This document shows positions 24,783-35,680 of a stretch of 35,680 nucleotides of DNA, in pieces. The notes beneath the pieces are model-generated. The model was given only the letters and a program-made list of their open reading frames with translations, was not told where the DNA came from and did not search any database. The stretch is taken from positions 116,601,459 through 116,637,138 of the forward strand of contig NC_068983.1 of NCBI RefSeq assembly GCF_001194135.2, written 5' to 3'. Made by a program: the position numbers and the translations under genes. The number at the start of each line of letters is the position of its first letter. Positions within the stretch are counted from its first letter, which is position 1. The DNA comes from Octopus bimaculoides (taxonomy: Eukaryota).

Positions 24783-24987
24783 TAATCCTTTCTACCAAAA
24801 GCACAAGGCCTGAAATTTTGTGGGAGGGAACTAGTCGATTACATCGACCCCAGTGTTTCACTGGTACTTAATTTACTGACCCTAAAGGATGAAAGGCAAA
24901 GTCGACCTCAGCGAAATTAGAACTCAGAACGTAAAGACAGACGAAATGCCGCTAGACATTTTGTCCGGCGTGCTAATGATTCTGCTG
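24783..24987 (-). mobile_element. SINE, same family, directly tandem to the previous copy
   Basis: Collinear homology; the 5'-most ~15 nt are missing. Confidence 0.85.
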
Positions 24988-25259
24988 ATAAAAATAGTTG
25001 TAGTAGCCTTTTATATAAAACTACATCAAATTGTTTGCATTATTTTTCTGTTTGCAGAAGAAATTATTTTTTTCTACATTTTCAAATTGGAAAAATAGCT
25101 TGTTCAATCAGGAAAGCATTGTCAAATTTTGCGTCACACATAAAAGCGCATTGCTATAAACAGTAAACAAGAAAATAAGGACATAAATAAGAAGGCTGTG
25201 CAATTTCAAGCAAATAATTTAAAAGGGCGAAATAATTTTTCTGTCGATAACAACATTGG

Positions 25260-26300
25260 AAATAGTTAAGTGGCTCGCTTTACAAGAGCAACAACAATAT
25301 TGCACATTCTGATGAGGGAAAATTTTCTAAAACGAAGTAGCTTTGCAGGAATTTCTTGCTGTAAGGAAATTTTGGACATAGAAGAAACCCAATTTGTAAA
25401 ACATGCGGCAGCTGATCTTAGTGTAGCTGGAGTTTTTTTTCCCACATTTGTTTTGTGTACTGACGGTAAATGTTGCATTTTTGTTGCAAAATCTTCATCA
25501 TTTAAGTTAGTAGGATACTAGTGTGCCAGCTCTTTTCCTTTTTTCTAACTCATTTTCAGATATTGTTGGATATTGTTATAAGAAATCAAAGTTTTCAACT
25601 TCCTGTTTTGGCAGTATTAAAAATAAATTAATTCTGCAATAACATTTCCAATAGAAACGGAAATTTTCTTGAGTTGGCATCCTCAGAGGAATCATCTGCG
25701 TCAGACATTTCCACCAAACTGAAATTAGGTGCTGCTTTGCCATGCAGCACTGTCTTCTCCGTCTGACATAATTGACCTCCTGCATTATCACAGATGCAGT
25801 TTATGTGGTTTCGTAATGTTTGCATCAAAATATCATATATACGTATATCATTTTCATAAATTCGCCTTTTAATCACTTCTTTGATCTCGCTGCTTTATAA
25901 TTTCAATAAAAAATCCAAAACAGAGATGTTTTCTGCTGCATTATCAATCATATTCGAGTATCAATCATTATCAATCATTGTCAATCATATTCTTGCATCA
26001 TTGGAGTATAGAATTTTTTATCTACTCCAGGTCTTCCAAATAGTTTAACCTCATTTTTTACAGGCACAAAATTGAAGTGACGATGAGATGCTGTCTCAGC
26101 GAAAAGTACTTATTCACACCTTACCAGAAAAAAACCCCAGTAAAACAATGAACTGGTGAAAGCAAGTAAACACTGAAGAAGAAAGAATCGCGCAGGATTT
26201 ATTTTCTTATTCTCCAAACCGTTCTCTTTTGAACTTTAAATGCATCTATGTTTGGACTTCTTGCTAGCAACCAGTGACAGTCATTGCATATAAACTTTCC
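25260..26300 (-). pseudogene. Decayed coding-like segment, possibly a hAT (SPIN/GTF2IRD2-like) transposase C-terminal half
   Basis: Three collinear minus-strand ORF pieces (25266-25478, 25576-25791, 25628-25876) and NFVPVKNEVKLF upstream. Only weak motif resemblance. Confidence 0.25.
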
Positions 26301-26685
26301 GTTTCTCTCCCTTCGTCCCCTCTTATCCTATTTGGCGCTCTCCTTGATACATTCTGTCAACGAGTGCTGCCTGATTGGAAGACACTCGTTGAATAACGCA
26401 CATACTTTGCTTGTCCTGCAGTTTTGCACTTTCCATTTTTGTTATGTAGACTTGTTATAAAATGTATAGAGGGTATTTCTTTTTTTTTCTGGCTTTAATA
26501 CCATCACCAGAAGCACAAGTATTTCTGGTAGAGTTTCAAATTTGTGTTTGATCATGACTGCTTGGTTAGAGGTGAGCTGATACCACATATCTGTTGAGAG
26601 AGTTGCAGTGGGTTCATAGTTTCATTAGTAATTTGGATGTATTGAGCTTTCTAGCTCAAAAGAGCATTAAAAATTACATATAACT

Positions 26686-27460
26686 ATCCATCCATCCACC
26701 CATCCATCCATTCACCCATCCATAATCTCCACCCACTATTCATGAGAAGGGCGTGGTGGGAGAACCCTCAAGCACCTCCTCCATAAGGTCCTATCAAAAG
26801 CAATTATCATTACTTTCTGGCTGGATTTCAAGCGTGACCAACTGAGAATATAAAAATTATCCAGCCATCACGTTCATGGCTCAGCTTGAAAAGTCTGTCT
26901 TGCGGTTCTTTCCTTCCTGTGACATTCTAATTCCATGTCGGTTGTACCAGAACTGTGACCTCTCAATATGGATAGGTAGCGGTTCGATCTGGAGGCCCCC
27001 TGATCTTCGAGATATGCACCCTGTCGTTACTCTGATGTTACTTCAGAAATTTTGAGGAACCTCATTTCAGCCGTTTGTATTCACGATCGTTCTCTTTCAG
27101 TCATTACCCAGCATTCATGACCATCGGCGAGGATAGGCACACTTCTCTTCTGAGGACAGAGCTGGTGTACTATGGTGCCAGTAACTTCAATTCTAGCATG
27201 CACTTCAGCTTTCTGCTTACCAACTCTTGAATACCTTGAATCCAAGATACGTAAACTTCGCTTGTTTCACTGATGTCTCACTAACATTCAGAGTGCATTG
27301 AAAAAGACTTTTTTGAGAGGACAAATGTTTCAGGCTTCGCGGCACTAAATCTCATCCCTACCTGGCACAAGTCGGCAGCAAACCCATTCAGCGCATAGTT
27401 GAGATAGCATTCTGATCAGCCAAGTAGCACTAAGTTATCTGCAAATAGATTATAGCTTCA
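26686..27460 (-). mobile_element. RTE-clade LINE 3' fragment (RT motif to terminus) with a (GGAT)n tail
   Basis: LFADNLVLL, GMRFSAAKPE, KFTYLG, VPILADGHECWVMTERERS*IQTAEMRFL, IEPLPIHIERSQ, LWRRCLRVLPPRP, then GGATGGATGGAT. Confidence 0.9.
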
Positions 27461-29035
27461 GGGAGTATAGTTTTTATACTGAGCTTTCCGTTTCGGAAAT
27501 ATTAGTTACTACTTTATTTGGAGAACTTAAATTGAAGTCAGACAATGTTGTATTTTCTTTCAACTTAAATTTTTATCAAAAAGAGAAGGTTAAAAACAGA
27601 CGTAATGAATTACAAGTTGGCTAACGTTTGTGAAATAATGCATTGAAAGGGAGATTTGAGCTTTTTTTAAGTGAGGAAAATATGATACTTTTACATGCTG
27701 GTCATAACTCTTCAAACCTCGGACCAGTGTACTAACTGAACCCCTCCTTTATAAATCCTAGTTATACGATATTATGTTTTCGCTAATAATAGGTGACCTG
27801 CCAATTGTAAATCGATGTATAAAAAATTGATATTTGGCCAAAAATTATATTTAAACGTTAATATTTGTATAAAGCTCTTATGTCGATGCTCTTGAATATC
27901 AGTTAATCAAGGCATTTTTACACTAAACCCTACTTCCATTCTTATAACCGAATACTGGCGTTTAATTGAATGTTAGTTGTATTTCTGTTGGAAGTTTGGC
28001 GGCTGTCCGATCATCATACTCACCAGACATGTGCTTACCTGTATTTTTTAGAAACAATAACACTTATATTCATTGATCTTGTACTATAAAATTTGTTGTT
28101 GGCTATTATCGATTTGAGCATTCCAACGATAACAAGATTATATATTGAACTGGTTTCGATTTTTGAAAACAATTATTCATATAAATTGCTACAACAAACA
28201 ATTGCTTGGTATATATCAATCATTACTTTTATTATGAAGACAGCATGCCCAGAACAGGTAAATAATTTAGCCATGTGTAATCTCTTAAAAATTTTATTGA
28301 TGTCTGCATATTATTTCCATGCAAACAATCTTTTTAGATTTGCTATTGTTTGTTTATGTGAAAATATTCATTATATTCATTTAATGGTCTCCATATATGT
28401 ATGCTTGTGGGTTTATAAATGTTATTTTGTATATTACAATATAAGACAATATATATAAAATTTAAGTATGTGTGAACATCTCTCCTGAACATTCCTCCTG
28501 ATGGTCGATTCATTCGGAAATAAAAGAGATACAGTGCGTGTGAGTACTGGTCTGAATGAACCTGTTATTTTGCTTGTCTTGTTATTGTTATTTATATAGA
28601 TCTTATATGTGTCATTTGTGTGATATTACTGGTTTTTCTACGCGTGTGTATTTGTGTGCATGAGAAATTGTGTAAATTCTGTACATGCGGGTGTAAAGAA
28701 TAGGGCGAGAAAATACGTGTCCAAGAAAAACAATCTGCCTATCAAGGATGGCAGCAAAGTGTACTTATTAATTAGTGAATGTATGCATCTGTCTCTGTGT
28801 GTGTGTATGTATTTATGTATGCATAGATCGATGTTTCTCTTTACGGTATATTAATTATACAGCTTTCAAGCAAGTTAATAGCGCTCTTGACTCATAGCTG
28901 ATTCAACCTGCCAAGGGAAAGGATATCTTTATTTTATCCATCATATACCTGGGGAGAATACGGCACACTTTAAAAAATTTGTTAACAGATTTACCCTGAA
29001 AAGGTGAGTCACAGTTTTATATACATGCATACATG

Positions 29036-29170
<135 letters not shown>

Positions 29171-29992
29171 ATATAGAGAGATTTGATTCTTGTTCTATAA
29201 TATTTATGTCGTATATACATATCAAAAATCATTTGTACAACCACTTTATAAGGATACGTTCATAGAACTACGTCATCTCACCTATTTTATTACACTCACA
29301 CACACGAACGTGCATACACACACTCACACACGCACACACTCACAGGCACACAGATATATGCAAGTACGTATTTATGTTTGCATGTGGTCTATATAATTGT
29401 GTATACTTTTATTTATTGCTATAAGTTTTAATCCAGCTGATAAATAGCCTGTGTAGCGTATTTACTGTGGTATATCTATGTAGCTTTGTTATATCTCTTC
29501 AATTTATATAGCAATATTCAAAATATTGAAGATGCTGATTCAGTACGTGCAGCAACATGCGTGAATATGTATCCACGAATATATTCAACATTACTCAATA
29601 TTGAATCAGAATATTTATCCATTTCAGCTTCGTATATACAAAATATACAAATTCGTTCACCTTGCAAGAATTTTCGCTGTCTTTTTTATGGTTGTTATGT
29701 GGTATCAGCTCACCTCTGATCAGGCAGACTTAAGATCAAACACAAATTTGAAACTTAATCCCTAACTCCTTCACCAGGAACAGATATATACATGACATAT
29801 GGCACCAGTCATCGTTTATCCGAAACAGCTGTAAAAATAAACCTTGGTATCGTTATTTGTACACAACACCTTCCGTGATTCTTACGCCTACTTTTATTTA
29901 CCTGCTTTTTTAAACACACACGCGCGTGCACGCACATACACGTACGCACACACAGACCTGTGTGTTATTGCATGCATATATATATATATATA

Positions 29993-30002
29993 NNNNNNNN
30001 NN
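29993..30002. other. Assembly gap (10 N)
   Basis: Run of N. Confidence 1.
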
Positions 30003-30970
30003 TATATACTCATGGAATATGATCGCATGAGTTTTACTTTTCAATACAGTCTCCCTTGCAATCCATACACTTTTCCCCATCGGTGTTGCAGTATTTGGAT
30101 CCCATTGTTGAAGAACGTTTCATCGTGTAGTTCAAAAAAGTTACCAATAGCAGATATGACCTCATTATCACTGCGCTATGGGTCCACGGCCAAGTGTTTT
30201 TTCATGCTGGGGAATAGGTGATAGTTGGCAACTGCCTCAACAAATTGCCATATCGGATTTCATTGATGACTTGGCCCTTTTGAAGATAGTCAATAAGCAC
30301 AATGCTGTTTTCATCTCCCAAAACTGAGCCCATCACCTTCTACGCAGATGAAACGACTTTGGCCGTCTATGGAGAAGGTAAAGAGGGGTGTGTGTATCCC
30401 CTTCATGGAGTGTCTCTTTATCTCCGGCTCAAAGTGATGAACCCAACACTCATCCTGGCTAAGGAAACATTCGAGGAAACCAGCTTGATCTGGCTCAAAT
30501 AATGTCTGATTTTCCCGTCACGTGGTCAGTTTGGTGCACTTTTAGCCAGGTGGCTATCTTATTTATAGTTAATCACCTGTCATTCATCGCCATGGAATAA
30601 ACATGATCACTGTTTTCCTCGGTAGTGGCAGTTGCAGGACATTCAGACCTTGAGTCACCTTCATCACTTTCTCTTCCCCACCTAAATTCAGCAGCCTACT
30701 TTTGAACTGTTGATGAAACTGGAGCGGCATCCCCTAATTTAACAACCGTGTCAACCTGAATGTCGTTGGGGGACTAAACCATTTTTCTGCAGGTACTTCA
30801 TAACACCACGATGTCAAATTTTGTCGGTTTTCAAGAGAACACGCTGCTAGTTACTTTGAAGTCTTCTTTGAACAATCAGATGTCATTTTAGTGGGAAAGG
30901 AACAATGCAGTTATTAATGAGTTAAAATTAATACATAGTCAACCTATGCATTTTTCAGCTCACCCTAGTA
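30003..30970 (-). mobile_element. Decayed mariner (Tc1/mariner, D,D34D type) transposon with the 5' TIR; catalytic core partly deleted
   Basis: The minus strand starts TA-CTAGGGTGAGCTGAAAAATGCATAGGTTGAC (TIR). Peptides DKI*HRGVMKYLQK, QDECWVHHFEPE, AKVVSSA*KVMG, IDYLQKG, then a direct jump from GNLLRQL to NYHLFPSMKKHLA, ending KCMDCKGDCIEK* (stop 30034-30036). Confidence 0.9.
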
Positions 30971-31750
30971 ACGTGGTGGAATTTATTTCGAGAAAAGAAC
31001 CACCGAATTTCAAATTTAGGCATTATTTCAAATGAGCATCACATTCATGGAAATAAGGAGTGAAAGGCTGAGTGTGATTGTAAGGTGGTTGTTGTGTGGT
31101 TAAATATTTAAAGCAAGGAATTAATGATCTCGTCTTATGTTGAGCTCACATTATTCATTTCTCTCCCTCTACATTCTGGTAGAATTTGTTGAGAGATTGC
31201 AACTTTATACGGGAATAATGGCCGAGATCAGTTTTCGATGTATTATCTATTTTTGAAGAGTGTAATGATTGATATTTTCTAATCCTCTAAAAATGTCTGG
31301 ATTCATAACTTCCCTTTATTGATTTTCTTTAACCTCAGGTTATGCCTGATGGAGCAGGCCGTTGATTAACGATATTTCAGTCACGCCAATCACATTTTTT
31401 ATAGCTATCGTGTATCTAAGAATACGTTATGTGTCGCCTCAGACTATATAAGACAAGTTTCTCCACTATTAAATTACATTTAGAATGAGTAAACTATTTA
31501 GAACTACGCAGATGTGAGACAAAAGACTTTGATGTTGGGGGTTCGTGTCTTGATACTGTGATAAACTTGTGGCCTAAAATTTCATTCGTAGTGATGAACA
31601 ATAGCACTTTATTTGATTCCTATAAAATCAGCGATTGCTCCGTTGTCAGCTTAAACGATGGGTGACATTTAATTCGATGAATCTCGTATTCGATTAAAAA
31701 TCTTTTTCATGCCTCTAGTGTTGCTTACATCTCCGTATATCATATTGTAT

Positions 31751-31920
31751 GAGGTTGCACAGCCTAGAGGTAAAAGTGTTGCACTCACGAACGTGAGATT
31801 GTGGATTCAATTTCTGGACCGTGTTATGCGTTATGTTCTTGAGCAAGAGATTTCTCTCACGTTGCTCTGCGATTACTTCGACAACTGTGCATCTGTTCAG
31901 GCAACGTTGATTTAATGGAA
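31751..31920 (+). mobile_element. Old tRNA-derived SINE of a further family (MIR/CORE-like body)
   Basis: Degenerate A box (GCACAGCCTAGAGG) and B box (GGATTCAATTTC), then TGTTCTTGAGCAAGAGATTTCTCTCACGTTGCTC. Confidence 0.55.
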
Positions 31921-34060
31921 GTATTGAGCTAATGTACAGCACAAACATGTAATCATTATAAACATATCATTTGTGCAAATTGTTCAGCCAAAAATAGTAG
32001 AAATGAATTACTTGGTCTAGAAGAGACTACAATCATATCATATTGTTAGTAATAATACCTTACAAAGAATTACACCAGGCTGTTCTATCAAGAAATCTTT
32101 CCGATATCTATAGGTACATAATTATTCATTTCACAGTTCTTGTTGTATCCTCCCATCCTACTCAATCTGCAACAAGAGCAATTTTAATTCCTTTAGAGCA
32201 TTAATACTTTTGATGAAAAGCACGAACGTAGCAACGTTGCCATTTTCCTTTCTGCTAAAAGAACCTAATCTATAGCTTTTGTAGAGAGGACACCATCAAA
32301 TAGCCGTTAGTTGTGTCAATTGCTAAACATTCTCCCACTCTGTCTAATAAATATTTCATCTGCCCTTAAATACATGAGGCTAAGATAAAAATAAATAGTT
32401 TAAGCAGTTGCATACTTCATATATATGTATCTTCTTTAAACAGTCAATAATATATGCTTACTTTTATGTTTGTAATGTGAATGGCAATCTATTCATGTAA
32501 TTTAATATATTTTAATCACTGGAAGGGATACTGTATTTCGTTTTGAAACCATAACATACTGACAAGTATATTAAAGGTTTATAAGTCAATACTGTGTTCT
32601 GTTTTGTTTTAGCAGTGCACTGTTTTCATTTTCTAAGTGTCTCTCGATAGATTTTGTATAGAATTTAGAGCCAGTGGTGAAAGTTAGGACGTTTCGTATA
32701 CGAATACGTCTATGTAAGCAATGCAATAGAAGGCAGGAAATAGGTAAAGGGTGTGTATGCATATCTCAATAGTTATTTCTTCTTCTTCAGCACTACAACC
32801 ATCTCATTGTTTAAATAGACGTATACCAAACGTAATTTTCAGTGTTGGCCCTAAATTCTGCAGAAAACCTGTAGAGATTAAAAAAAAATGAAAACAATGC
32901 ACTGCTAACACAAAGTAGGATCAGTATTGACTTATAAACCTTTAATATACGTGGTAGTATGTTATGATTGCAAATCAAAATACTGTGCCCTTATCAGTAA
33001 TTAATATGTTCGTACCAGTTGCCAGGAATATGTTTGATGTATAAATTAGTTTATGCAATAGTGCTACACAGCTAAGCTCAGAGGCTATTTAAGCAATGTA
33101 TTCGTGGATATTTAGTGGGTTGAATGTGATACTGAAGAAAGAGCAATAACTCCTGAAATATACATATACAACTATTACCTATTTTTCTATCTTCGACTGC
33201 ATTGCTTACATAGGCATCTTCGTATAGAAAACGTCGTAGCTTTCATTGTTGCCTCTAAATTCTATAGAAAAATTTAATACATTATGTAGAACAAAATTAA
33301 TCACATATTACATAGCGTCGGAGATTTTAGTGTAGTAAATGCAGGTCTCCCTACTTTCTTATATAAGGGTAATAATTATTTTAGTTCTAGCACAAGCTCA
33401 GATCAAATCAGTTGCTAAATTTATTTTTCCTTTTGTATTAGAATAGAATGTTAAAGGAGAAACTCCTAGAGGTATAGATTTCATACATACAAAATAGTGA
33501 TGGTTTATAGATAAAGTAAAATAAAATCAGAACTCAAATAAGGATGAAAGTGACTAATTGCTTCCTTCAATGCACTCGCAGCTACTTCTCTTTTAAGATA
33601 TTGGTTTCTTTTGGCGATTGCAAGAATTACATTCACTATATAATTTATTTTGAATGGAACGTACACAAAATTCACAAGTTAGAATTTGAAATAAAAGAGT
33701 TCCACTGAAAGGCAAAACAAGGTTCTGCCTTCGTTTCACTTGCAATTTTGATCTTGGGCATTAATATTCCTTCTATCTAGTTACCAACTAAAATTTTACA
33801 ACAGATTATCAAGATATGGAATGCAACCAGAAAACAAGTATGTAGGCTTATATTATGATCCATGTGCATATGTCTTCCGTTTCAAACATTGGTATATATA
33901 TATTTCAAACAGTAAGAAAAATAATTGGTGCTATGTAATGAAACATACCAATATTTTACCCCAGTATTTTATATTTCGTAGAACTAAAGAGTTAAACTAG
34001 AGAATTTCTGCGAAGTGAAGTTGAGTATGCTTTTTATCTTCCTACAGTCGATAAAATGAC

Positions 34061-34128
<68 letters not shown>
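34061..34128. repeat. (ATT)n microsatellite
   Basis: Direct reading. Confidence 0.95.
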
Positions 34129-34129
<1 letters not shown>

Positions 34130-34294
34130 GATATTACTGGTGTTAATCAATTCACTATATACATATGCTTTAAAAACGACTCCGTTTCAGTGTGAAAATG
34201 AAACGTTCCAATAAATTGCATTGGGGTCTATGACCCTTTAAATGCTTTGTTCTAGTCAAAAGGTTTATTCATATTGAAGAACAGAAATTTCCTA

Positions 34295-34846
<552 letters not shown>

Positions 34847-35195
34847 AGAAACTTCCTAAATATAAAGAAAAGGTCGAAATGACGAAGAAGTCAGTAAAAG
34901 TAGAAGACATGTGAGAGTTAAAGCATCTTACATCTTACACCTCAAAATGTGTGTAATTTAAAACTGTAATTAAATCTTGTAATTAACAAAACATTAACAT
35001 ACTTTATAACATCTCTCTTATTTCAGAGTACAAATCACACTAAGGTCGAATGTGACATTCATTGTTGCTTTACTCAGGAAGCTTTACACGACCTTTCTTT
35101 CTCACTCCTGAGCTCTCATCATTCTTTAATTATATTATGGACTGAAAAAAAATTAACTACTTAACAGGTGTGTGTATGTGTGTGTGTGTATAACT

Positions 35196-35204
35196 GTTTT
35201 GATC

Positions 35205-35291
<87 letters not shown>

Positions 35292-35348
35292 CCCATCTTT
35301 GTTGAGCCCTGTGTGGCTAATAAATGAAATGTATTTATCTATCTATCT
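35196..35348 (+). mobile_element. Extreme 3' end (~50 bp) of the same non-LTR element as at 310-360, embedded in (TCTA)n
   Basis: CCCATCTTTGTTGAGCCCTGTGTGGCTAATAAATGAAAT at 35292-35330, with (TCTA)n on both sides. Confidence 0.7.
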
Positions 35349-35602
35349 AATTAAAACATAGGGTAAAAATCAGATATTAATTAATATCGATTTATTACCA
35401 GGAAGCTAGCACATTGAAAGAATCCGAGAGATTTAGAAAAAATATCTGAGACCTTATGGGATTAAAGTATATTTTATATATATATGAAGTTGACCAGTAA
35501 AGTGGACATTTAATATGCTAGAAATAGACCACATTTTATGTCGCGAATAACTTTTTAATTTTATGTATGTAATTTTCAATGTCTTCCTCGCTTACGGTTT
35601 GG

Positions 35603-35603
<1 letters not shown>

Positions 35604-35675
<72 letters not shown>

Positions 35676-35676
35676 C
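35604..35676. repeat. (TATC)n microsatellite
   Basis: Direct reading. Confidence 0.98.
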
Positions 35677-35680
35677 ATAT

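Noticed and set aside
31339-31365. Strong acceptor TTTTCTTTAACCTCAG
   Set aside because: Followed by early stops with no partner exon; an isolated motif.

Overview
This is AT-rich, repeat-dense eukaryotic genomic DNA with three assembly gaps. The SINE/LINE repertoire looks like an octopod cephalopod; I recognised this from memory and did not verify it by search. No intact protein-coding gene can be supported, and almost all listed ORFs are microsatellite, gap or decayed-transposon artefacts. The window holds decayed DNA transposons (MULE-like, two hAT types, mariner, a Helitron2/HINE-like element), non-LTR retrotransposon fragments (R4/Dong-type RLE, RTE, CR1/L2-type APE), at least four tRNA-derived SINE families and many microsatellites. 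The most interesting object is a ~550-bp fold-back element at 34295-34846. It combines a tRNA-like Pol III head, an (AAT)n tract, two inverted Penelope-type minimal hammerhead relics, a 32-nt one-sided tail and a 12-bp target-site duplication, so it is a candidate Penelope-mobilised, hammerhead-carrying SINE. Secondary points are a head-to-tail R4/Dong array inside (ACAT)n, a diverged ~600-bp fold-back at 5209-5795, and a speculative small Cys-rich secreted-protein gene built from phase-1 exons at 4668-8983.
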